DNA of 64,000 nt from Myxococcota bacterium (lineage in GTDB: Bacteria; Myxococcota_A; UBA796; SXON01). A model generated the notes under the pieces. It did no database searches, was not told where the DNA came from, and was given only the letters and a program-made list of their open reading frames with translations. Both the position numbers and the translations under genes were made by a program. Where the stretch lies: the NCBI GenBank assembly GCA_040386535.1, contig JAZKFH010000037.1:91729-155728 (forward strand). Reading direction: 5' to 3'. Positions within the stretch are counted from its first letter, which is position 1, and every line of letters begins with the position of its first letter. Shown here piece after piece: positions 56,709 through 64,000 of this stretch.

Positions 56709-58403
56709 ATGCGTCGCTCGCTCCTGCTCGCCCTCTCGTTCGCCGCCTGCGCGGCCCCCGACTCCGAACCCACCTGCGCCGCCGGGCTCGATCTCGACGC
56801 GGACGGCGTGTGTGACGGGGACCGCGCGGATTGGTCCGAGGACGCCGCGCTCGAGCCCGGCACGAGCCGCGCGAACGTCTACGAGCTCGACGCCGCCGAC
56901 CTCGCGGAGGTGCGCACCCGCGGGATGGAGCACGCCTTCGTGTGGCCGGTCGACATCACCGGCCTGCTCATCCCGTACCGCCCGTTCCAGGCGTTCATGG
57001 ACGACCCGGACAACGCCGGCGCGCTCGACATCCTCCGCGATCAGCTCGGCTTCGGCACCTTCGAGGAGTTCTACACCTGGCTCGGCCTCGCGCGGTACCC
57101 GGAGCCGGGCCTGGGGGGCATCTACGAGCTCCCCATCCCCGACGGGCTGGCCCCCGGAGACGCCGTGGGCGCGGCCCTCCTCGACACGGAGTGGGGCGAG
57201 GGCCTCACGTTCTCCTGCGCCACCTGCCACGCGAGCCCGCTGTTCGGCCGCACGGTGTTCGGCCTCTCGAACCGCCGGGCGCGCGCGAACGCGGTGTTCC
57301 TGCTCGCCGGCGAGCTGGTCCACAACATGCCGCCGGACGCGTTCCAGGCGCTCACCGACGCCACCGCCGAGGAGCGCGCGCTGTACGAGCGCACCCTCGA
57401 CAACTACGGCGCCGTGGGCGCGAAGGAGCCCGAGGTGCTCGGGCTCGACACCGCGGTGGCCCAGATCGGCCTCTCCCTCGGCCGCCGCGCGGACGATCCC
57501 TGGGCCAGCTACTCGGCCGATGCCGAGACCAGCCCCGACTTCACCGAGCTCGAGACCTTCGTGGCCGACAGCAAGCCCGCGGTGTGGTGGACGCTCAAGT
57601 ACAAGACCCGCTGGTTGTCGGACGGTTCACTCGTCTCCGGCAACCCCATCGTCTACAACCTGCTCGCCAACGAGCTCGGCCGCGGCACGGATCTGCGCGA
57701 GCTGTCGGAGTGGATCGCGACGGAGCGCACCACCCTCGACGAGCTGACCGTGGCCGTGTTCGCCTCGGAGCCGCCGCGGTGGACCGACTTCTTCGGCGCC
57801 GACGGCATCGACGAGACCGAAGCGCGCGCCGGGCAGGTGGCGTTCGAGGCGCGCTGCGCGAGCTGCCACGGGTCCTACGAGAAGGGCTGGGACGCCGCTG
57901 ACGCCGAGGCGCGCTCCGATGTCGATCGCCTCGCGACGACCCGCGTGGTCTACCACGCCCAGACCCCCGTGACGGACGTGGGGACGGACGCCCAGCGCGC
58001 CGAGGGCCACGGCTACGTGGACCGGCTCAACCGGCTCCAGATCAGCGTCGACGCCGGCAACGTGTTCCGCGGGCAGGCCGGCTACGTCCCCCCGCCGCTC
58101 GACGGCATCTGGGCCCGCTACCCCTACCTGCACAACAACTCGGTGCCGACGCTCTGCGCGCTCCTCTCCCCGCCGGACGAGCGCCCCGTCGAGTTCTACC
58201 AGGGCCCCGCCGACGACCCGGCGACCGATTTCGACGCCGACTGCGTCGGCTACCCGGTGGGCGAGGCGATCCCCGCGGCCTGGCGCGACGACGAGGAGGC
58301 GCGCTTCGACACCACCGTGCCGGGGCTCCGCAACATCGGGCACGACTGGGCGATCGGCGCGGAGGAGCGCGGGCAGCTCATCCAGTTCCTCAAGACGTTG
58401 TAG
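56709..58403 (+). CDS. Di-haem c-type cytochrome lipoprotein, RoxA/MauG-related
   Basis: Two CxxCH motifs (CATCH, CASCH), DVGTD, GYVPPPLDGIWARYPYLHNNSVPTL, N.GH, and a LIQFLKTL end. Confidence 0.8.
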   Translation: MRRSLLLALSFAACAAPDSEPTCAAGLDLDADGVCDGDRADWSEDAALEPGTSRANVYELDAADLAEVRTRGMEHAFVWPVDITGLLIPYRPFQAFMDDPDNAGALDILRDQLGFGTFEEFYTWLGLARYPEPGLGGIYELPIPDGLAPGDAVGAALLDTEWGEGLTFSCATCHASPLFGRTVFGLSNRRARANAVFLLAGELVHNMPPDAFQALTDATAEERALYERTLDNYGAVGAKEPEVLGLDTAVAQIGLSLGRRADDPWASYSADAETSPDFTELETFVADSKPAVWWTLKYKTRWLSDGSLVSGNPIVYNLLANELGRGTDLRELSEWIATERTTLDELTVAVFASEPPRWTDFFGADGIDETEARAGQVAFEARCASCHGSYEKGWDAADAEARSDVDRLATTRVVYHAQTPVTDVGTDAQRAEGHGYVDRLNRLQISVDAGNVFRGQAGYVPPPLDGIWARYPYLHNNSVPTLCALLSPPDERPVEFYQGPADDPATDFDADCVGYPVGEAIPAAWRDDEEARFDTTVPGLRNIGHDWAIGAEERGQLIQFLKTL

Positions 58404-58409
58404 TCCGCG

Positions 58410-59765
58410 TCAGGGGCCCACGGTGAGGCCGAGCACGAACTGCTCCCACTCGCGCTGGAAGACCGCCATGTCGGGGTCCCCGAGGGTCTCGCGCAGCGTG
58501 GTGTAGCCGGTGGTGTCCGTCGCGACGCGGAACGCCTTGTAGTATCCGCGCAGCAGGCCGCGCTCCTGCAGGTAGTAGCAGAGGTAGCGGGCCTGGGCGT
58601 AGTTCAGGCCGCCGCGGTCTCCGTAGAACGCGGCGGTGGAGAGCGCCGTGAACGCCTCGAACGGCTGCACGTCGCCTCGGCGGATGGCTGCCTGGAGCGC
58701 GGGGAGCCGCCAATTCGGGTAGCCGACGAGGTGCCCGTCCACCTCGCCGGCGTGCTCGTAGAGCGAGGCGAGGCCCTCGTTGAACCACGAGGGCACGCCG
58801 GGAAAGTCGACCGCGAGGTAGGGGTGCACCATCTCGTGCACCAACGTGCCGCCGCCGAGGCCGATGTTCATCACGAGCGCGTGGTGGTAGCCGTTGGCGA
58901 AGCCGTAGGGGGTCGTGGGGGTCTCGCCGAAGAGGGACTGGGTGTGGCGGACGTACGTGTCGTCGTCCCGGAACATCCAGATCTCCCAGGTGTGGTCGAG
59001 CTCGGTGGTGAAGTAGTCCTGGCGGAGCAGCGCGTCGGTGCGGCGCACGGTGCTCTCAGCGCGGGCCACCACGGTCGCTTCCGGCTCGTTCCCGACCACG
59101 ACGTAGGGCGGCTCGAGCACCACGGTGAAGCCCGCGCCCGCCACCGCCCGCACGCGCCGGACGGCCTGGACGAGCTCTGCCGGGGTCGGCGCCGCCTGGG
59201 CCGTGGGGAGCGTGAGCGGCCCGGTCCGGGCGAGGCGCATCCGGATGACCGACTTGCCCTGGCCTCCGTCGAGCGGCCAGAGCGCGAGGAACTCGTCGCG
59301 AGGCATCCGCGCATACGCCCCGTCGGGCTGCGCGGGCTCATGGTAGATGACCACGTCGGCATCGGCGTCGTAGCCGAGCACGAGGCGGAAGTGTTCACTC
59401 CCGCCGGCGTCGTAGTACATGCACACGATCGACGGCACGCCGGCGCGCAGGTCGGCCAGCATCACCTCCCACTGGGCCTCGACGGGCGGCGCGTACCACG
59501 TGTCCCCGACGTCGAACCCCATCGCCAACAGCGTGGCGCGGAGCTCACGGGTCACGACCCCGCGACCCAGCGCCGGATCGACGCCCACCGCGTCCGCTGC
59601 CGCGTCGAAGACGGCGTCCTGGTCGACCGTGTAGCCCAGGTGCGCGAGCGCCATCTCGACGCACGCCTCGCCGCAGAAATCGGGCCGTTGCATCACGTGG
59701 GGCACCCCCTCGATTCGGACGGAACCGGGGGAGGAACAGGCCAGCGCGAGGAGGAGGGCCAGCAT
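58410..59765 (-). CDS. Lipoprotein fusing a C39-like cysteine peptidase and a zincin (HEXXH) domain
   Basis: Q..DFCGEAC..MAL, EHFRLVLGYD and YHEP, followed by TLVHEMVH, WFNEGLASLYE and YAQA. Confidence 0.8.
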   Translation of the reverse strand: MLALLLALACSSPGSVRIEGVPHVMQRPDFCGEACVEMALAHLGYTVDQDAVFDAAADAVGVDPALGRGVVTRELRATLLAMGFDVGDTWYAPPVEAQWEVMLADLRAGVPSIVCMYYDAGGSEHFRLVLGYDADADVVIYHEPAQPDGAYARMPRDEFLALWPLDGGQGKSVIRMRLARTGPLTLPTAQAAPTPAELVQAVRRVRAVAGAGFTVVLEPPYVVVGNEPEATVVARAESTVRRTDALLRQDYFTTELDHTWEIWMFRDDDTYVRHTQSLFGETPTTPYGFANGYHHALVMNIGLGGGTLVHEMVHPYLAVDFPGVPSWFNEGLASLYEHAGEVDGHLVGYPNWRLPALQAAIRRGDVQPFEAFTALSTAAFYGDRGGLNYAQARYLCYYLQERGLLRGYYKAFRVATDTTGYTTLRETLGDPDMAVFQREWEQFVLGLTVGP

Positions 59766-59842
59766 GGGGGGTCGGACAACGCCGTGGGGGAGGGGTTCCG
59801 GGTTTCTCGCACCACGGTTACGAGCTTCATGGGAGGAACGGT

Positions 59843-60226
59843 TTGAATCTTGACGAGGAGATCCCAAGCGACGTGCGCGCCTTCCTCCGCGCGCACATCC
59901 CGTCGATCGGCCACATGGAGGCCCTCGCGCTCACGGTGGAGAACGCGACACAGAGCTGGACGGTCGAGCACGTGGCCCGGCGCCTGTACGTGCCCGAGGC
60001 GCAGGCCGAGACCCTGATCCGGCACCTCTCCGCCACCGGCCTGCTCGAGCGCACCGGGACGCCGGAGCAGTGGCGGTTCGCGCCGGCGGACGAAACGCTC
60101 GCCGGGCTCGCCACGCGCACCGTGCGTTTGTACCGGCAGCGGTTGCTCCGCATGACCGAGTTGATCCGGGCCGGTGCGGATCCCGGCTCACAGCTCGCGG
60201 ATGCGTTCCGCTTCCGGAAGGAGTGA
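59843..60226 (+). CDS. Small wHTH-like protein of the DUF5985-type module
   Basis: TTG after GGAGG. VRAFLRAHIPSIGHMEAL...VARRLYV...GLL, ending LADAFRFRKE. Confidence 0.75.
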   Translation: MNLDEEIPSDVRAFLRAHIPSIGHMEALALTVENATQSWTVEHVARRLYVPEAQAETLIRHLSATGLLERTGTPEQWRFAPADETLAGLATRTVRLYRQRLLRMTELIRAGADPGSQLADAFRFRKE

Positions 60227-60228
60227 CG

Positions 60229-60498
60229 ATGGCCTTGCTTGTCTATGTCTTGTGCCTGGTGACGGCGACGGCCTGCTCGGTGGTGTTGTTCGCCGCGTCC
60301 CGCCGCCGCGAAACGCCCCTGCTCTGGTGGTCGAGCATGTGCTTCGCGGGCCTCGCCGTGAACGATGCGCTCGTGTTGCTCGACCTCTACGTGGTCCCCG
60401 ACGTCGACCTCCTCATGGCGCGCAGGGTCGTCGGCTTTCTCGCTGTGCTGCTCATGCTCGTGGGGCTCATCTTCCACAACAAGGAGCCCTCGACATGA
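60229..60498 (+). CDS. DUF5985-like three-TM protein
   Basis: VYVLCLVTATACS...LLWWSSMCFAGLAVN..LVLLDL.VVPDVDL. Confidence 0.75.
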   Translation: MALLVYVLCLVTATACSVVLFAASRRRETPLLWWSSMCFAGLAVNDALVLLDLYVVPDVDLLMARRVVGFLAVLLMLVGLIFHNKEPST

Positions 60499-60758
60499 AC
60501 GACCTCCTCCTCGGCGCCACCGCGATGGGCTCGCTCACGATCGCGCTCTTCTTCATTCGTTTCTGGCTGCAGTCGCGCGACGTCTTCCACCTGTTGTTCG
60601 CCGCGTCGTTCCTCCTCCTCGCGCTTCAGCGGCTGCTGCTCGCCGCGCCCTATGGCCAGCACGAGGAGCTCCCGGCGCTGTACCTCCCGCGCCTGGCGGC
60701 CTACCTCCTGATCATCGTGGCCGTGGTGCAGAAGAACCTCCGGCGGCGCTCGGCCTGA
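60495..60758 (+). CDS. DUF5985-like three-TM protein
   Basis: LLGATAMGS.TIALFFIRFW..SRD..H.LFA...YLPRLAAYLLII.AVVQKN. ATGA overlap with the previous gene. Confidence 0.75.
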   Translation: MNDLLLGATAMGSLTIALFFIRFWLQSRDVFHLLFAASFLLLALQRLLLAAPYGQHEELPALYLPRLAAYLLIIVAVVQKNLRRRSA

Positions 60759-60844
60759 CGGCAGGGGCCCGCGCGCACGATCCAGCCCGGAATCCCCGCC
60801 TCGCCGCCGACCCGGGCCCGAATTACCGGGCGTTCGGAGGGTCG

Positions 60845-60892
60845 ATGCCGGTCGTTGTCACGCGCGGGTCCGTCTCCGGCGCCTCGGTCTAG
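60845..60892 (+). promoter_or_regulatory. Putative leader peptide (uORF) upstream of rsgA
   Basis: GGAGG at 60836-60840, then ATG 60845 encoding MPVVVTRGSVSGASV*, embedded in several hairpins. Confidence 0.4.
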
Positions 60893-61043
60893 CCGACCGC
60901 GGGGCTCGAGTCCGGACCGGGGGTTCACGCCCCCGTGGATAGCCGCACCCCAGCGGACCGCTGGACGTGTGCCCGCCCGCACCCGCTGAATCGGGCGCGG
61001 GCCTCCCTGCCTGGGACGCCCCCTGGTCCCCCGGATCCTCCAC

Positions 61044-62084
61044 GTGCACCACCTCCTCCCGATGGGCTTCGGCCCGCATTTCCTCCGTCAACTCTCCGCC
61101 GACGAGCTGGACGATCCTCCGATCGGCCGCGTCCGCTTCGCCGCGCACGGGCGCGTCCGCCTGCTCACCCGGAGCGGCGAGCACCCCGCCCTGCTCGAAG
61201 GCCCCCTCCGCGACCCCGACGATCCCGTGGTCGTGGGCGACTGGGTGCGCTTCCGCCCCGGTGATCCGCCCATCGTGGAGGCGCGCCTGGAGCGCACCGG
61301 CGTGCTCCGGCGGCGTGATCCCGACGGCGGCGCGCAGGTCGTCGCCGCGAACGTCGACATCGCGCTCGTCTGCACGGCCCTCGGCCGGGACCTGAACCCC
61401 CGGCGCCTCGAGCGCTGGATCGCGGTGGCGGAGGACGCGGGCGCCGATCCGGTCGTCGTCGTCACCAAGGTCGACGGGGAGTCCGACGCCGCGGCGGCCG
61501 TGGCCCTCGTGCGGAGCGTCACCCAGGCGGAGGTCGTGCCGGTGAGCGCGGTGACGGACCGCGGGCGGGAGGCCCTGCTCGCGGCCCTTCCAGCCGGGCG
61601 GACGGCCGCGCTGCTCGGCTCCTCGGGCGTCGGGAAGTCGACGCTGCTGAACTGGCTCGTCGGCGCCGAGGCCCAGGCCACCGGCGCGATCCGGGCCGAC
61701 GAGCGCGGGCGTCACACGACGACCGCGCGGCACCTCCTCGCCCTCCCGAACGGCGCCTGGGTCATCGACAACCCGGGCACCCGCCAGGTCGGGCCGCTCG
61801 ACGCGGGCGCCGTCGACGCCGCGTTTCCCGACCTCGACGCGCTCGCGTCGGCGTGCCGGTTCCGCGACTGCGGCCACGTGGACGAGCCCGGCTGCGCGGT
61901 CCTCGCGGCGGTCGCGTCCTGCGGGCTGGACCCGGCGCGCCTCGCGTCGTGGCGCAAGCTCCGACGGGAGGTGGCGTGGGAGGCGCGGCGCGAGGATCCG
62001 CGCGCCCGGGCGGCCGAGCGGGACCGATGGAAGCGCATCCACGAGTCCGCGCGGAGAGCGCGGCGGGAGTCGGATCGGGACTGA
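61044..62084 (+). CDS. rsgA: Ribosome small subunit-dependent GTPase A
   Basis: VVGDWV, AANVD, TKVD (G4), GSSGVGKSTL, GRHTTT, DNPG, zinc finger CRFRDCGH..EPGC. Confidence 0.92.
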   Translation: MHHLLPMGFGPHFLRQLSADELDDPPIGRVRFAAHGRVRLLTRSGEHPALLEGPLRDPDDPVVVGDWVRFRPGDPPIVEARLERTGVLRRRDPDGGAQVVAANVDIALVCTALGRDLNPRRLERWIAVAEDAGADPVVVVTKVDGESDAAAAVALVRSVTQAEVVPVSAVTDRGREALLAALPAGRTAALLGSSGVGKSTLLNWLVGAEAQATGAIRADERGRHTTTARHLLALPNGAWVIDNPGTRQVGPLDAGAVDAAFPDLDALASACRFRDCGHVDEPGCAVLAAVASCGLDPARLASWRKLRREVAWEARREDPRARAAERDRWKRIHESARRARRESDRD

Positions 62085-62159
62085 GGGCGCGTCGTCGCCG
62101 GGCGCCACGCGCGGCGGGCCTCCTTTCGTGGCCGGCGGCAGCGGGCTACCGGCGTGGGG

Positions 62160-62882
62160 ATGCACTTCGTCCTGCTGCCCGGCCTCGACGGCACCGGCGA
62201 GCTGTTCGAGCCGATCCGGGAGGCGCTCGCGGGCGCGGGCCACGTCGCGACCGTGATCGCGTACCCGCGGGACGAAGCGCTCGACTACGCCTCGCTCGTG
62301 GAGCGGGTGGTCCTGCCCGACGTTCCCTTCGTGCTCGTCGGGGAGTCGTTCTCGGGGCCCGTCGCCCTCGCCCTCGCGGCGCGCCGCCCGCCGTCCCTGC
62401 GCGCCGTGGTCCTCGTCGCCACCTTCGCGCGGCCGCCGCTGCTCGGGAGCCCGTTCCTGCTCCCCTTCGTGGGGGCGCTCCTGTTCCGACTCGCGCTGCC
62501 GCCCGTCCTCTTGCGGTGTCTCCTCGTGGGCTTCCGGGCGCCGGCGTCGCTGGTCGGGCGCGTCGCCGCCACGGTCCGGAGCGTGCCTCCGGGGGTGCTC
62601 GCCCATCGTGTCCGCGCCGTGCTCGCCGTGGACGCGGAGAGCGCGGCGCGCGCGTGCACGGTGCCCGTCCTGTACTTGCGGGCCACCCACGATCGCCTCG
62701 TGCCGGGCCGGTGCGCGGCCCATCTCGGGGCGCTGATCCCCGGCATGCAGGTCGGCGAGGTCGCCGGGCCGCACCTCGTCTTGCAGGCCAACCCGGAGGA
62801 GGCCGCCCGGGAGATCCTGCGCTTCGTCGAGGGCCTGGGGTCAGCCCACGAGCGCGCCCCAGCGCTCGGGGAGCTCCAGTAG
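62160..62882 (+). CDS. Alpha/beta hydrolase
   Basis: LLPGLDGTG, GESFSG, D.LV, GPHLVLQ. Confidence 0.85.
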   Translation: MHFVLLPGLDGTGELFEPIREALAGAGHVATVIAYPRDEALDYASLVERVVLPDVPFVLVGESFSGPVALALAARRPPSLRAVVLVATFARPPLLGSPFLLPFVGALLFRLALPPVLLRCLLVGFRAPASLVGRVAATVRSVPPGVLAHRVRAVLAVDAESAARACTVPVLYLRATHDRLVPGRCAAHLGALIPGMQVGEVAGPHLVLQANPEEAAREILRFVEGLGSAHERAPALGELQ

Positions 62883-63509
62883 CGAGCCCAGCACCACGCT
62901 CGCCGCCGCCAGGGCCTCGGGCGCGACGGGCTGGTCCGGCACCGCGATCGTGAACATGCCGGCGGCCACGGCCGATCGGATCCCGTTGCCGGAGTCCTCG
63001 ATCGCCACACACGCGCGCGGGTCGACCCCGAGCGCGGCGGCGGTGGCGAGGTACACGGCGGGGTGCGGCTTCCCGTGCGCCTCGTGCTCCGCGGATCGCA
63101 GCACCGTGAACGCGTCGGCCAGCCCGAGCCGCGCGACCACCGCGTCGATGAGCACGCGTGGCGACGACGACGCCACCGCCAACGGCAGGCCCTGCCCGCG
63201 CAGGAACCGCACGGCCTCCACGGCGCCGGGCATCGCGACCGCGCGTTCACCCAACAGGCGCACCATCCGCCCCACGATGTCGGCAGCGACGCCCTCGCGG
63301 GGCCGATCGGGCCACGGATGCCGGGCGTACCAGTAGTCCACCACGGCGTCGATCCGCAGGCCCGTCGTCTCCAGGCAGTCGGCGGTCACCAGCGCCACGC
63401 CCACGGCCCCGAACGCCTCGATCTCGGCGAGGTGCCAGAGCGGCTCCGAGTCGACGAGCACGCCGTCCATGTCGAAGATCACGGCTTGCGTGCGCGGGGT
63501 GGGCGGCAT
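62841..63509 (-). CDS. HAD-family sugar/hexitol phosphatase (YniC/HxpB-like)
   Basis: IFDMDGVLVDSEPLW, ASSS, GKPHPAVYL, EDSGNG. Confidence 0.9.
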   Translation of the reverse strand: MPPTPRTQAVIFDMDGVLVDSEPLWHLAEIEAFGAVGVALVTADCLETTGLRIDAVVDYWYARHPWPDRPREGVAADIVGRMVRLLGERAVAMPGAVEAVRFLRGQGLPLAVASSSPRVLIDAVVARLGLADAFTVLRSAEHEAHGKPHPAVYLATAAALGVDPRACVAIEDSGNGIRSAVAAGMFTIAVPDQPVAPEALAAASVVLGSLLELPERWGALVG

Positions 63510-63783
63510 GGGCGCGGGGGTAACGTCGTGGCCTCGCCGCGTCCGCACGCCCGCGCCTCCCGGCGCGGACGTGCGGCCGGGCCCCTCGCGGGGTCGGCCG
63601 CTTCGCAGGCCTCCGTTGGCACGTCGCCGGCGCTCGCGCGCCGCCGGGTGCCGAACCGGCCGCGCCCGCGCGGCCGCCCGCCGGGTCCCTCGCGGGGCCC
63701 TCGATGTGGGAGCGGGGGTTCGGCCCGTGTGTCCACCTGGGACGGAGACGAGCCGTGGCGTGGCTTGTTCCGGAGCTGGGTCC

Positions 63784-63962
63784 AAACCGGCCAGGAATGC
63801 CACCCCCTGCCGGCAAGGCCCCCTACTCTTGGCCGGTCTGGCGCCGTTCCAGGCGCCCCGGTCCGTGGTTCGAACGGAAGAACGCCGATAGCTTGAGGCT
63901 GCATGCCGGCGGAGCGCCAAGGAGGCCCTCGAAACCGGCCAAGAATGCCACCCCCTGCCGGC
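63784..63962. repeat. 31-bp direct repeat pair plus an inverted partial copy
   Basis: AAACCGGCCARGAATGCCACCCCCTGCCGGC at 63784-63814 and 63932-63962 (1 mismatch). Inverted TCTTGGCCGGT at about 63827-63837. Confidence 0.8.
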
Positions 63963-64000
63963 CTCATCACTAGTCACATCTTGACAGGTCACTGCTCCCG

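Noticed and set aside
60762..60872. SRP RNA, 6S RNA or tRNA
   Set aside because: There is no SRP GGAA-loop/AGCAG motif and no cloverleaf with a T-arm, and the region is too short for a typical 6S RNA. It is kept only as an unassigned structured leader.
63784..63962. 31-bp repeats as a CRISPR array
   Set aside because: There are only two copies, with a 117-bp gap that is too long for a spacer, and no cas genes are in view.

Overview
A GC-rich (about 70% by eye), gene-dense chromosomal window. It probably comes from a Myxococcota/deltaproteobacterial-type organism, inferred from a MYXO-CTERM-like sorting tail, many Cys/Asp 'DCDD' repeat plus FG-GAP lipoproteins, and a DWG-type Ser/Thr kinase. 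About 50 CDS can be supported. They include: a wHTH plus KGGVGR-ParA-variant ATPase/TPR pair whose TPR block is compositionally anomalous; a MarR-regulated Lol-like ABC/LolA-like/OM-barrel operon with a clear operator palindrome; a TIGR03790-like plus two-hydrolase operon; a GlpT-type MFS; a minimal eutB-eutC-eutL operon; a PAI-like flavoenzyme, a split HTTM-like pair and a phytoene-desaturase-family gene; pnuC-nadR; kinase/sensor genes; CotH; a RoxA-like di-haem lipoprotein; a C39+zincin fusion; a wHTH plus 2x DUF5985-like module; an rsgA with a structured, uORF-containing leader; and a repeat-rich non-coding right end. No rRNA, tRNA, CRISPR array, integrase or transposase was recognised. The most notable observations are the mirror-image strand skew flanking the low-GC TPR block, ultra-short signal peptides with no n-region, many apparently leaderless starts, the single-shell-protein eut operon and the rsgA leader. 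All family assignments come from motif recognition by eye, not from database searches.
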